From Candidatus Izemoplasmatales bacterium (lineage in GTDB: Bacteria; Bacillota_I; Bacilli_A; Izemoplasmatales; Hujiaoplasmataceae), in contig JBFXGX010000002.1 of the NCBI GenBank assembly GCA_050177605.1, positions 64,001 through 128,000 on the forward strand: a DNA stretch of 64,000 bases, read 5' to 3'. Numbering within the stretch: the stretch's first letter is position 1; every line of letters begins with the position of its first letter. The position numbers were made by a program, and so were the translations under genes. Of the stretch, positions 48,201 to 57,867 are shown in pieces. The notes under the pieces were generated by a model that saw only the letters and a list, made by a program, of their open reading frames with translations, did not search any database and had not been told where the DNA came from.

Positions 48201-50460
48201 AAGAATTGCTGAACTTCAAATGAATCAAGCGTCTGAAGCGCTATTAATTCAAGATTACATTGATTACTTATCAGACCCTACCAATGAACAACTCGTTAAG
48301 AACTTAATCGCCGCTTTATTAGATGATGGAGAGGCAATCCTTAATTCGATGGACCCTGCTACATTTGACCTATTATTACAACTACTTATGGGACAATCAA
48401 AGACCGATTCGGAGTATACAGTTTATTCAGATACGGGAATGACTAATCCGCTTGAGGGCATCGATTTAAGTACAGAAGCAATTATTTCCTATCTTCAAGA
48501 TTTCTCTGTAGTTATTGAAACAATGATAACAAATCTTGATAGCAATGAAGTCGATATGATTAAAACAGTTCTCTTTGATGTGCTAGAGATTCAATTGTTA
48601 CATGAGGGAATGTTACAAGCAGAAGTTGACGAAACAATAACGTTATATTCAAGTCTATTTGATTTTATCTATTTAGTTGCGACTGAATCAGTTGGAAGTA
48701 TTACTTATACAATCGATCATATGACAGTTGAAAATTTACAACTAATCATTGATAATATCGGTGTTTTAACAGACGAAACGACTTCAGTTACAGCAAAAGT
48801 TACTGCCGTTAGCACGGTTATAACGACATTAAGTGATATTAATCCTGATTTATACAATGTATTTGTGGAAAATGCAATTCAAGCATTGTTTGTATCAGGT
48901 TATGTCTTCTTGTATTCACCATCAGAAGCGACTGCTTTTATCAATTATGTTATAGAAAATGGTATCACTAGAGAAGAAGCAGCAGATAACCTCGTAGATT
49001 TCTTCGTGATTTTCGCGAACCAACAATTAAGTGAATATAGCACAATAAGTATCTATGATGACTTACAAGCGTCTCTTGATGAATATCAAGTAGCTAGAGA
49101 TGCGGCCATCCAAGAAGTAAGCGACATTGATACAGATGTTGCATATGAAATTGCATTAATCACTGATCCAACGGCAAATGGTTTAGCTTCCAGTTTATGG
49201 ACGCAAGCGATTGCCCTAAATCAATTAGAAGATGTATATAATAATATGTACAGCGATGCAACCTATAGTTGGTATTTCAATGAGTATACTTATCAAGAAC
49301 TGTTCTTATATCGTTTTGGAGATGACAAGGGAACAGCACCAGATATGGTTGCTTATGAGAATTTATGGAATATGCAATATCCTGAATATCAACAAGTTTA
49401 TGGCCCATTATTAGATAAATGGCAAGAATTTGTAGATGCATTTGCTTTATATCAAACGGATGAAACTTCATTAGAAGCTTATCATATTTATATTAGTGAC
49501 ACGGTTACCTATATCGAAGTATACTTGCATAATCAACGATTCTTAAGGTTGACTGCAGCGAATGATGTTGCTTACTATCAATATCAAATGGATGTTACTG
49601 CAATCTCGATGATGGATTATGAACAAGATTACCGTCTAGAAACTGTTTTGACTTCGTTAATTGATGATGAAATGAATGTTCAATTAATGAAAGACGTTGT
49701 CTTGATTCTATTCGATGAAGTCGCTAATTTTGCATCATCACTTACGCAAGAACAGTTGATTCAACTCGTTTCAATGATTGAGACTTTCTCACAAACAGAA
49801 GGATTACCAGCAGCAGCTGATATGACTCAGTTTATCAACTTAGTTGGAGAAATCATTTCTCCACTTACAACCACTTTGACAGCGGAAGAACTTGATCAAG
49901 TTTCGACCTTAATTCAAAAAATCGTCTTTTCTTATATTAATGCCTTTGGTGATTCCGAAGCAACTGCACTAGAAGCTGCTACGATCATTGATACGTATTT
50001 CTCAGACGTTGTCTTGTTAATACCTACACTATCAATGGTTCTACAAAATGCAACAGAAGCTCGTGTTCAGGAAATCATCGATCAACAAGCGATCATTCAA
50101 GCAGTAGATGGACAAGATGATGATTTATCAAATCAAATCCGTGCAATTGCTATTGCAAACTTAATTAATGCCGTATTAGTGGATGAAACAATTGATCCAG
50201 ACGCATTAATCGCAACTGTCTTTGGCGCTGTATTTGACACTCAATACTTGATGGGCTACGAAGATTTAAGTACTACGGTAGATAAAGTCACCGCTTTACA
50301 AGATGCTTTTGGTGATGTTGTCGTTTCTGGAACAGTCATATTAGAGTATGATTCAAGTAATTTAACTGCTGAACAAATAACCAATATCAATATTTATCAT
50401 TCTGATGTAGAAGCATTAATTGCTTTAATGGATCAATATTTTCCAAGTGGTAATAATTAA
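45280..50460 (+). CDS. Giant (1726 aa) acidic alpha-helical lipoprotein of unknown function with three diverged internal modules
   Basis: Uninterrupted ORF, AGGAGG RBS, lipobox LAGC, Thr-rich stalk, internal repeats, downstream terminator. Confidence 0.85.
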   Translation: MKRKLVLMLLMVIFTFVLAGCDFLGGNTTTTTTATDTQASTDTTTTTTTTNTSTTTSTTTTTTTTTTTSSGQVVTTTTTTTTSSGVTTTTTEVTTTTESTFDRQDLIDYFIDNATGETPTADEIEAQIDFYQDLFGVTSEEDLYYLLTGMTTVLSGLDLIETLQDARNWYQNAKALGFSREVIVHMMMKLIEQKINEEVLSYDASYYAGEIAALQTAIAANEQTMVTNRTNLVDYCTNQTSNVDTCTGFYDALVASYLANQAYWDEVDTSRWETYRNDWDQDKLNDILWNIDSVLYYTYEYVDTAKQEMYQAAVDELTNALSPSESAMYQNAITLYTAYQTIEYRDVRQYEHVVYQLQDNNDSNLGNKVRDFYGYYQDAANQKNSNEYYIYELQQEQLRAQEQHQVMVAFQGYMNSTAGKAKVELLMMTIYDILDHVIMNLSEDTFNFVLNLLQGNVALTQDDLTSENILLYTGMVKEVLTLLRATLTVEDMDNIASIAKDIFGMYILTQDLTPAEIAAVTVNVNAAIDQYGPMILSTIDDVIAFLDSINQTKADAIINFVTFIQSDMFTQEEVVIEIASLMTVILGDNDLDVAGLLSNMTEIYFDVQYGFFPDEDTVILVKTAISENVARIIELAGIVKDYDSNNLTMDQMLEIEELMARVEAITMMFKGGFEQILNPIKFGYETEDFYILIQQLEGREMTDEELNAQILLFEQLFGLTDEQETYYMITSVLGLVQQVQSFTTITEFQTWFARVHELGFSNTAIAGYIFNFGLIKLNQDLVNGVNSGEIDYWTGEVEYYQQMIDDYDSYFNQIDQLIAADIAALSPELQQTAIDYWNAKLQYFIYYNHANDLVNDAMNSIDYWILDGILSSHDNYLYYLSISDGFNANMMDQNFHQLYDPLDSMQKALIDELLTARDLKNNYYTNTIVPLEDILYANQAYQTFISDVMNNAYMYQSNLQNISWYQSMIDDATSRIAELQMNQASEALLIQDYIDYLSDPTNEQLVKNLIAALLDDGEAILNSMDPATFDLLLQLLMGQSKTDSEYTVYSDTGMTNPLEGIDLSTEAIISYLQDFSVVIETMITNLDSNEVDMIKTVLFDVLEIQLLHEGMLQAEVDETITLYSSLFDFIYLVATESVGSITYTIDHMTVENLQLIIDNIGVLTDETTSVTAKVTAVSTVITTLSDINPDLYNVFVENAIQALFVSGYVFLYSPSEATAFINYVIENGITREEAADNLVDFFVIFANQQLSEYSTISIYDDLQASLDEYQVARDAAIQEVSDIDTDVAYEIALITDPTANGLASSLWTQAIALNQLEDVYNNMYSDATYSWYFNEYTYQELFLYRFGDDKGTAPDMVAYENLWNMQYPEYQQVYGPLLDKWQEFVDAFALYQTDETSLEAYHIYISDTVTYIEVYLHNQRFLRLTAANDVAYYQYQMDVTAISMMDYEQDYRLETVLTSLIDDEMNVQLMKDVVLILFDEVANFASSLTQEQLIQLVSMIETFSQTEGLPAAADMTQFINLVGEIISPLTTTLTAEELDQVSTLIQKIVFSYINAFGDSEATALEAATIIDTYFSDVVLLIPTLSMVLQNATEARVQEIIDQQAIIQAVDGQDDDLSNQIRAIAIANLINAVLVDETIDPDALIATVFGAVFDTQYLMGYEDLSTTVDKVTALQDAFGDVVVSGTVILEYDSSNLTAEQITNINIYHSDVEALIALMDQYFPSGNN
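45361..45579 (+). repeat. Poly-threonine low-complexity tract (ACN codons)
   Basis: ~73 codons dominated by mixed ACA/ACG/ACT/ACC. Confidence 0.9.
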
Positions 50461-50462
50461 TG

Positions 50463-50492
50463 AAATGGAAGCTGCGGCTTCCATTTTTTTTT
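50463..50492 (+). terminator. Intrinsic terminator
   Basis: AAATGGAAGC-TGCG-GCTTCCATTTTTTTTT. Confidence 0.9.
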
Positions 50493-50548
50493 GAGTATAT
50501 CATTGCCCCAAAACCCTACTGAATGATATAATAGATGAAGGTGATAAG

Positions 50549-51256
50549 ATGATTTCTTCTACAAACAATGAATATATAAAACAGTTAACAAAGTTAAAAG
50601 ACAGAAAATATCGTCTTGAAACACGTGAATTTTTAGTTGAGGGACCTCATTTAGTTGAAGAAGCAATTCATATGGGAAGATGTAAAATGGTTCTTACCGT
50701 GAATGAATTCGATGATTTCAGTGTTCCTTTCACAGTGGTTTCAAAAGAAGTCATGAAGAAACTCTCAGATGTTGATACGCCCCCTGGTGTCATTGGACTC
50801 TGTACCCTCGAAAACGACGCTAAAATCACTGACAAAGTATTGTTGTTAGATCATTTACAAGATCCAGGCAATCTTGGCACCATCATTCGTAGTGCGATTG
50901 CTTTTGGGTTCGATACAATTGTCGCTGAAGGAAGTGTGGATTTATACAATCCAAAGGTTGTCCGTTCCACACAAGGCGGAATCTTTAAAATCAATTTTCT
51001 TGAACAAAATCTTATTACGTTCATCAAGAATAATCCTTCCTTCGAGGTAATCGCAAGTATTGTGGATGGGAAAAGTACCTTAGAAGAAACGAAAAGCAGT
51101 AAAAAAATTGCATTAATTATCGGAAATGAAGCCTCTGGAATTAGGAAAGAGGTATTAGATTTAAGTCATACCTTTGTCACAATTCCAATGAAAAATACTG
51201 AATCACTGAATGCAGGAGTAGCGGCATCGATATTAATGTACCACTTTAGTCAATAG
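50549..51256 (+). CDS. TrmH/SpoU family RNA methyltransferase
   Basis: QDPGNLGTIIRSA, GNEASG, ESLNAGVA SPOUT motifs. Confidence 0.93.
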   Translation: MISSTNNEYIKQLTKLKDRKYRLETREFLVEGPHLVEEAIHMGRCKMVLTVNEFDDFSVPFTVVSKEVMKKLSDVDTPPGVIGLCTLENDAKITDKVLLLDHLQDPGNLGTIIRSAIAFGFDTIVAEGSVDLYNPKVVRSTQGGIFKINFLEQNLITFIKNNPSFEVIASIVDGKSTLEETKSSKKIALIIGNEASGIRKEVLDLSHTFVTIPMKNTESLNAGVAASILMYHFSQ

Positions 51257-51272
51257 AAAGGACAATGAAAGA

Positions 51273-51569
51273 ATGGAATTTATTACAGAAGAAAACAGAA
51301 TTTATTCAAGTGATGAATCTGGAAAAGTTATCGCAGAAGTGACTTTTCCAACAAGAGACGAAAACAGACTAGATATCAACCATGTCTATGTGGATGAATC
51401 TTTACGAGGACAAGGACTCGCTTCTCACCTCATGGTCTTGGCTTATAATGAAATAAAAGCTAGAGGAAAAAAGATTGTTGCAAAATGTCCTTATGCAATT
51501 AGTTGGTTCAAAAAATATCCTGAATATCAAGATATTGTTATTAATGTAAAAACCAAACCTGCAGAATAA
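51273..51569 (+). CDS. Small GNAT acetyltransferase (YjdJ-like)
   Basis: HVYVDESLRGQGLA, CPYA. Confidence 0.88.
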   Translation: MEFITEENRIYSSDESGKVIAEVTFPTRDENRLDINHVYVDESLRGQGLASHLMVLAYNEIKARGKKIVAKCPYAISWFKKYPEYQDIVINVKTKPAE

Positions 51570-51628
51570 AAAAAGGTTTGTATTATCGATATTATTGTGT
51601 TATAATTATTTATGCATAAAGGAACTTT

Positions 51629-51654
51629 AAGAGAGGGTCGGACCCTCTCTTTTT
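51629..51654 (+). promoter_or_regulatory. rimP leader hairpin (terminator-like attenuator)
   Basis: AAGAGAGGGT-CGG-ACCCTCTCTTTTT lying between an extended -10 (51598-51606) and the RBS. Confidence 0.75.
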
Positions 51655-51674
51655 AATGACTTAAGGAGGTGTCT

Positions 51675-52109
51675 ATGAATCTCGACCATTTAAAGTCGGC
51701 ACTATTACCGAAAATTAATGACTTAGGATACGAACTATACGATATTGAGTTCGTAACCGAACAAAAAAGGAAGATTCTTCGAATCTCGATTGATAATGAC
51801 TCAACGATTACCGTTGATGATTGTCAAATTGTATCGAATGGGATTAATGATTTTCTGGATGAACTCGATCCTATCGCTGAAGAATATTTCCTCGAAGTAT
51901 CCTCTCCAGGAGCAGAAAGAGAACTCAGAAAAGAATCAGACTATAATCGCTTTTTGGGCTATTACGTGAAACTCGAGACATTTGAGCAATCACTTGAGGG
52001 AGAACTTTTTGAAAACCATCCCGAAACCATTATTTTACGTGTCCGTGGCAAAAATATTAAAATCAGTAAAATCGACATTCAAAAAATTCGATTAGCAATA
52101 AAATTTTAG
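51675..52109 (+). CDS. rimP: Ribosome maturation factor RimP
   Basis: LRISID, ITVDDC, YFLEVSSPGAER; upstream of nusA. Confidence 0.96.
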   Translation: MNLDHLKSALLPKINDLGYELYDIEFVTEQKRKILRISIDNDSTITVDDCQIVSNGINDFLDELDPIAEEYFLEVSSPGAERELRKESDYNRFLGYYVKLETFEQSLEGELFENHPETIILRVRGKNIKISKIDIQKIRLAIKF

Positions 52110-52121
52110 GAGAATAGAAAA

Positions 52122-53186
52122 ATGATTAGTAAAGACTTTTTTAAAGCTTTAGAGTTAATTGCAGAAGACAGAGGAATCTCAAAAGACAAAATTCTTGATA
52201 TTGTTGGAAAAGGGCTATTAAATGCTTACAAAAAAGATTATGACGGCCAACAAAATGCCAAAGTCATTTTCAATGAAGAAAAAGCTGAGATTTTAATTGT
52301 CGCAACTTATTTGGTTGTGGAAGAAGTAGATCCTGAAGCCGAAAGAGGAACTCAAATCACTCTTGTAGAAGCACAAGAATTCAAGAAGAATGCAAAGATT
52401 GGTGACTCGATTGAAGTGAAAATTACGCCAAAAGATTTTGGTAGAATGGCTGCTTCAAGTACCAAACAAATTCTTACACAAGGTTTGAAACAATTGGAAA
52501 GAGATCGCAATTTTGATATTTTTACAAACAAAATTGGTGAAATGTCGATTGCAGAAGTTGTTCAAATTAGCAATGATTTCGTTACACTTAATTTAGGGTA
52601 CGACACAGAAACAAGTATTCCATCTAAAGACCTACTTGAATCTGATTTAGTTGTTGGAACTCAAGTAAGAGTTTATATTACAAAGGTAGAACAAACAACC
52701 AAAGGACCTAAAGTGTATGTTTCAAGAACTGACCGTAACCTTGTAAAGCGTTTAATGGAAAATGCAATTCCTGAATTACAAGAAGGAATTGTTGAAATCG
52801 TTGGTTTAGCAAGAGATCCTGGAGACCGTTGTAAAGTGTGTGTTTCCTCAAACAACCCGAAAGTCGATCCAGTAGGAGCTTGTTTAGGAAAAAATGGTTC
52901 ACGTATCAAAGATGTTATTGACCAATTAAATGGTGAAAAAATCGATATTTACAAATATTCAACCAACCCTGAAGAACTTGTAGCGAATGCTATTCAACCA
53001 GCAAGATGCATCAGTGTTCTTGTGAACCAAAAAGAAAAGAGCGCAGTTGCGATTGTTGAAGATGACCAATTATCTCTTGCCATCGGTAAAAAAGGTCAAA
53101 ATGCAAGACTTGCTGTTCAATCCAGTGGATGGAAGATTGATATCAAATCAGAAACGGATGCACGTATTCAAAATATTGAGTATTAA
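52122..53186 (+). CDS. nusA: Transcription factor NusA
   Basis: S1 + KH domains, ARDPG, DPVGAC, SLAIGKKGQNARLA. Confidence 0.97.
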   Translation: MISKDFFKALELIAEDRGISKDKILDIVGKGLLNAYKKDYDGQQNAKVIFNEEKAEILIVATYLVVEEVDPEAERGTQITLVEAQEFKKNAKIGDSIEVKITPKDFGRMAASSTKQILTQGLKQLERDRNFDIFTNKIGEMSIAEVVQISNDFVTLNLGYDTETSIPSKDLLESDLVVGTQVRVYITKVEQTTKGPKVYVSRTDRNLVKRLMENAIPELQEGIVEIVGLARDPGDRCKVCVSSNNPKVDPVGACLGKNGSRIKDVIDQLNGEKIDIYKYSTNPEELVANAIQPARCISVLVNQKEKSAVAIVEDDQLSLAIGKKGQNARLAVQSSGWKIDIKSETDARIQNIEY

Positions 53187-53197
53187 AGAGGTGCGAT

Positions 53198-53461
53198 GTG
53201 AAAAAGCAAAAAAAGATTCCTCTTCGTAAATGTGTTGTTAGCGGAGAACGCTTCGAGAAAAAACAATTATTAAGAGTAGTTAAAACGCCCGAAGGAGAAG
53301 TGATTGTTGATCCATCAGGGAAGGCAAATGGCCGTGGAGCTTATGTCTCCAAAAACAAAGAAGTTATATTAAAAGCACAGAAAACAAAGATTCTTGAAAG
53401 ACATTTAGAGGTCGTTGTTCCTGAAGAAATCTATCAAACTTTACTGGGTATGGTAGAATAA
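53198..53461 (+). CDS. ylxR: YlxR (RnpM) family RNA-binding protein
   Basis: PLRKCV, LLRVV, GRGAY; operon position. Confidence 0.93.
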   Translation: MKKQKKIPLRKCVVSGERFEKKQLLRVVKTPEGEVIVDPSGKANGRGAYVSKNKEVILKAQKTKILERHLEVVVPEEIYQTLLGMVE

Positions 53462-53772
53462 TGAATAAACAACGAACGCTTCAAAATATTGGACTTGCAA
53501 TGCGTGCAAAGGCACTAATAACGGGTGAAGAGTTTTCGCTCATTGAAATAAAAAAGAAGTCCGCTTATCTCGTTTTTTTAGCGAGCGATGCGGGGGTTAA
53601 TACAACTAAACGTATTACAGATAAATGTCTTTTTTATGAAGTGCCACTCATTACAGACTTTACTTCCGAGGAAATCAATAAAGCCATCGGAAAAGAAAAT
53701 CGTAAAGTAGTTACCATTACTAGTCAAAAATTCGCGAAGTTGCTGAAGGAATCACTTAACGAAATTTTATAG
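53461..53772 (+). CDS. ylxQ: L7Ae-family protein YlxQ
   Basis: GLAMRA, LASDA, AIGK; operon position. Confidence 0.9.
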   Translation: MNKQRTLQNIGLAMRAKALITGEEFSLIEIKKKSAYLVFLASDAGVNTTKRITDKCLFYEVPLITDFTSEEINKAIGKENRKVVTITSQKFAKLLKESLNEIL

Positions 53773-53786
53773 AAAGAGGTGGTACA

Positions 53787-55628
53787 ATGGCTAACAAACC
53801 AACAACCAAAAAGAAACCGAATTTTTCTGGGAAAAAACCATTTGAAAAAGGTGTAACTCCTCCGAAAAAAGAGCCAGAAATCATTGATAAAACAGTATAC
53901 TACAATTCATCAATGACGGTTCTAGAATTAGCCGAAGCATTACATCGCCCTGTCGCGGATGTAATCAAAAAAATGATGTTCATGAGAATTATGGCATCGC
54001 AAACCCAAACCGTAGATCGTGAGATTGCAGAACTTGTGGCTCTTGATTATGGATTTGAATTAAAAGATGAAGTATTAACGGATATGACAAGATTCGAAGA
54101 AATCGAAGTCATCGATGATCCAAAAGATTTAGTTGAAAGACCAGCAGTTGTCACTATCATGGGGCATGTCGACCATGGAAAAACAACTCTTCTTGACAAT
54201 ATAAGACATTCTCGTGTTGTCTTTTCAGAAGCTGGTGGAATCACACAACATATTGGAGCGTACCAAGTTATCCGTCACGGAAAACCTATTACTTTTATCG
54301 ATACACCAGGACATGCTGCATTTACTGAAATGCGTGCACGTGGTGCAAAAATCACGGATATCGTCATTTTAGTTGTTGCTGCGGATGATGGCGTGATGCC
54401 TCAAACAAAAGAAGCACTTGACCATGCAAAAGCATCCAATGCTTCCATTATTGTTGCTGTCAACAAAATGGATAAAGTCGGGGCTAATCCAGATCGAGTT
54501 AAACAAGAACTTGCCGACCTTGGATTATTACCGGATGATTGGGGCGGCGAGACACCGTTCTGTAATATCTCGGCTTTAAAAGGAACAGGTGTCGACAATT
54601 TACTTGATACAATTCAATTAGTCTCTGAAATGATGGAACTAAAAGCAAATCCAAAAAGAAATGCAATTGGTACTGTCATTGAAGCTAAACTTGATAAAGG
54701 TCGCGGACCAGTCGCTACAATATTAATCTCGAACGGTAGTTTACGAGTCGGAGACACCTTTGTAGTAGGGTCAACGTATGGGAAAATTCGTGCAATGACA
54801 GATGACCTTGGAAGAACTATTCAAGTTGCTTCTCCTGGAGCTGCCGTTGAAATCATTGGATTAAATGATGTTCCAATGGCCGGAGATCCATTCATGGTTT
54901 TTGACGATGAAAAAATGACAAGAGACATTGCTCAAAAGCGTGGAGACAGAGCTCAATCTGAAGAACATGCTTCCAAAAAGATGATTACACTTGAAGAATT
55001 CTTTGAAAAAGCAGAAGGTTCAACCAAAGAACTCAGATTAATTATTAAAGCGGATACCCAAGGATCCATTGAAGCATTCAAAGGATCCATTGAGAAGATT
55101 AATATTGAAGGAACCAAAATCAATATCGTGCGTACTGGTGTAGGTCAAGTTACAGATACTGACGTATCACTTGCTGAAGCATCCAGTGCAATCATTATTG
55201 GATTTGATGTATTAACCCCTGCTAATGTTAGAGATACTGCCGAATCAAAAGGTGTCGAAGTCAGAGAATATCGTATTATCTATGAAGCACTGAATGATAT
55301 TGAAGCCGCAATGAAAGGTTTACTAGATCCAGTATTCGAAAAACAAACGATTGGAGAAGCTGTCGTTAGAGAAACATTCTCTATTTCAAAAGTGGGTACG
55401 ATTGCAGGATGTATGGTGACTTCTGGAAATATTAAAAGAGACGCCTTAGTCAAACTATTCAGAAATGGAAAAGTCATTTTTGAGGGCAAAATAGCATCCT
55501 TAAAACGTTTCAAAGATGATGTCAAAGAAGTTCGCCAAGGATTTGATTGTGGCATTATGATTGAAAATTATAATGACATCAAAGTCGATGACGTTATTGA
55601 AGCATCCTTAATGAAAGAAGTGGAATAA
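53787..55628 (+). CDS. infB: Translation initiation factor IF-2 (short form)
   Basis: [29 protein letters not shown]. Confidence 0.99.
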   Translation: MANKPTTKKKPNFSGKKPFEKGVTPPKKEPEIIDKTVYYNSSMTVLELAEALHRPVADVIKKMMFMRIMASQTQTVDREIAELVALDYGFELKDEVLTDMTRFEEIEVIDDPKDLVERPAVVTIMGHVDHGKTTLLDNIRHSRVVFSEAGGITQHIGAYQVIRHGKPITFIDTPGHAAFTEMRARGAKITDIVILVVAADDGVMPQTKEALDHAKASNASIIVAVNKMDKVGANPDRVKQELADLGLLPDDWGGETPFCNISALKGTGVDNLLDTIQLVSEMMELKANPKRNAIGTVIEAKLDKGRGPVATILISNGSLRVGDTFVVGSTYGKIRAMTDDLGRTIQVASPGAAVEIIGLNDVPMAGDPFMVFDDEKMTRDIAQKRGDRAQSEEHASKKMITLEEFFEKAEGSTKELRLIIKADTQGSIEAFKGSIEKINIEGTKINIVRTGVGQVTDTDVSLAEASSAIIIGFDVLTPANVRDTAESKGVEVREYRIIYEALNDIEAAMKGLLDPVFEKQTIGEAVVRETFSISKVGTIAGCMVTSGNIKRDALVKLFRNGKVIFEGKIASLKRFKDDVKEVRQGFDCGIMIENYNDIKVDDVIEASLMKEVE

Positions 55629-55629
55629 T

Positions 55630-55962
55630 ATGGCAAAAGTAGATCGTATTGAGACGCTTATTCAACGTGTGATTGCCGATGAAGTCATGAATCATGTGAA
55701 AGATAATGTTGGATTCATTACAATCACTGGCGTAAGAGTCACTAATGAGTTATCATTTATGTACGCATATTATACTGTTCTTGGTGATGAACGTAATATC
55801 AAAGAAACTGAAGTTGCTTTAGAAAGAGCGAAAGGTTTCATCAAAAACCAAGTCGCAAGACGTGTAAAAATGAGAAAAGTTCCTGAACTTGTATTCAAAT
55901 ACGATGATTCCTATAAAAAGGGACTTGCAGTCGATAAAATCATAAAATCAATTAAAGAATAA
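55630..55962 (+). CDS. rbfA: Ribosome-binding factor A
   Basis: ITITGV, AKGFIK, RKVPELVFKYD. Confidence 0.95.
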   Translation: MAKVDRIETLIQRVIADEVMNHVKDNVGFITITGVRVTNELSFMYAYYTVLGDERNIKETEVALERAKGFIKNQVARRVKMRKVPELVFKYDDSYKKGLAVDKIIKSIKE

Positions 55963-55992
55963 GACTTTAGATTTCTAAAGTCTTTCTTTTTT
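55960..55992 (+). terminator. Intrinsic terminator
   Basis: AAGACTTTAGA-TT-TCTAAAGTCTT followed by T-rich tail. Confidence 0.8.
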
Positions 55993-56041
55993 CTCTTTAC
56001 TTGAATCGTACACTCATAATTGTTATAATTGAGGAGGTGGT

Positions 56042-57808
56042 ATGATGAATGAAATAATTAAGCAAAAATTATCAACCTTACCTGATTTGCCTGGTAGCTA
56101 TCAAATGCTCGATCGTTATGGTCACATTATCTATGTTGGTAAGGCTAAAAACTTAAAAAATCGTGTTCGTTCGTATTTTGTGGGAAGCCATGATCAAAAA
56201 ACCCAAAATTTAGTGTCGAACATTGAAGATTTTACCTATATTGTTACCTCTTCTGAATTAGAGGCTTTTTTGCTTGAATTATCACTGATTAAGCAACATG
56301 CACCGAAATACAATATTATGCTCATGGATGACAAGAGTTATCCTTATATCGAAGTGACAAATGAAGCCTATCCAAAACTAATCATCACTCGAAAACCAAA
56401 TAAAAAAGCACTTTTACAATATGGGCCATTTCCTGATGTATCAAGCGCAAGAGACACAGTTCAGCTTCTTGATAGGATATTTCCTTTAAGAAAATGTCAA
56501 ACCTTACCAAAAAAGGTTTGTTTATATTACCATATGGGGCAATGTCTAGGCCCTTGTGAATTTGAAGTATCAAAAGAGGATTATCAAGAAGTGATTCATC
56601 AAATAAAAGAGTTTATGTCAGGAAACAGTAAAGAAATTATCGATGATTTAAAAAAGAAGATGTTGAAGTATTCGGATGAATTAGCATTTGAAAAAGCAAA
56701 AGAAATGAAAGATATTCTTGAATCCATTGATAAAACAGTAAAGAAGCAACAAGTTATTTTTAAAGATATGAAGAACAGAGATATCATCACCTATCATAGT
56801 TATGATGATTATATTAGTATCTGTACTTTGTTTATGAGACAAGGAAAGATTATTTTCTCGGAAAATCATTTATTTAATTCGCAAGAATCTGTCGAAGATG
56901 CATTTGTTTCCTATGTTGGTCAATATTATCAACGCAGAGTGGTTCCAAAGGAAATTTTACTTCCTTTTGGGCTGGATTATACGGTCTTAGAAAATATGAT
57001 TGATTCTACGATTCTAACGCCACAACGAGGAGATAAACTTGCACTCCTTCAGATGGCTGAGGAAAATGCCAAAATTTATCTTCAAAATAATATCGAAACT
57101 TTCCTCAAAAAACATGACAAAACAATTGGTGCCGTAAAAGAATTGGCTTCTGTTTTAGGACTTGAAAAGATCAGAAGAATTGATACCTTTGATAACTCCA
57201 ATATGATGGGGAAACACCCTGTTTCAGCGATGGTCGTCTTTATTGATGGATTACCAGCAAAGAAGGAATATCGAAAATATCTAGTCAAAACAGTCGATAA
57301 GGCTGATGATTACCACACGATGCAAGAAGTCTTGTATCGTCGCTATCAACGAATGCTTGTGGAACAAAGTGAGCGACCTGATTTAATCATCATGGATGGA
57401 GGAATTACGCAGGTACATGCTGCAAAAGACATTTTAGCCAGTCTGTATTTGGACATTCCAATCATCGGTCTCAAAAAGGATGAAAGGCATCATACATCAG
57501 TTCTTTTTAATCTACAAGAAGAGGATGTACTTTTAGATAAGCATTCTAATCTCTTTTTCTTTCTATCAAAGATTCAAGAAGAGGTACATCGTTTTGCGAT
57601 TACTTTTTATCGGAGTAAACATCAAGACCAAATTTATGCTTCCATTCTTGATGCAATCCCCGAGATTGGAAAAGCCACGAAGCAAAAATTATTGCTTGAG
57701 CTGAAAACAATTGAAAATATCAAAAATGCAAGCGAAGATCAACTGAAATCGCTTGGACTAAATAAAAAGCAAATTGAAAATCTAAAAATAGCGTTAATTC
57801 AAAAATAA
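56042..57808 (+). CDS. uvrC: Excinuclease ABC subunit C
   Basis: GIY-YIG (YVGKAKNLKNRV), Cys cluster, FDNS, DGG, HRFAI, HhH. Confidence 0.97.
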   Translation: MMNEIIKQKLSTLPDLPGSYQMLDRYGHIIYVGKAKNLKNRVRSYFVGSHDQKTQNLVSNIEDFTYIVTSSELEAFLLELSLIKQHAPKYNIMLMDDKSYPYIEVTNEAYPKLIITRKPNKKALLQYGPFPDVSSARDTVQLLDRIFPLRKCQTLPKKVCLYYHMGQCLGPCEFEVSKEDYQEVIHQIKEFMSGNSKEIIDDLKKKMLKYSDELAFEKAKEMKDILESIDKTVKKQQVIFKDMKNRDIITYHSYDDYISICTLFMRQGKIIFSENHLFNSQESVEDAFVSYVGQYYQRRVVPKEILLPFGLDYTVLENMIDSTILTPQRGDKLALLQMAEENAKIYLQNNIETFLKKHDKTIGAVKELASVLGLEKIRRIDTFDNSNMMGKHPVSAMVVFIDGLPAKKEYRKYLVKTVDKADDYHTMQEVLYRRYQRMLVEQSERPDLIIMDGGITQVHAAKDILASLYLDIPIIGLKKDERHHTSVLFNLQEEDVLLDKHSNLFFFLSKIQEEVHRFAITFYRSKHQDQIYASILDAIPEIGKATKQKLLLELKTIENIKNASEDQLKSLGLNKKQIENLKIALIQK

Positions 57809-57867
57809 AATCAAGGAAATGTGAATTAATTACCTCAGTTTGTGTTAAAATATTAAAAGGTGATGTT

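Noticed and set aside
51629..51654. Hairpin before rimP as a novel element
   Set aside because: Corresponds to the already described rimP leader motif; listed as a feature only.
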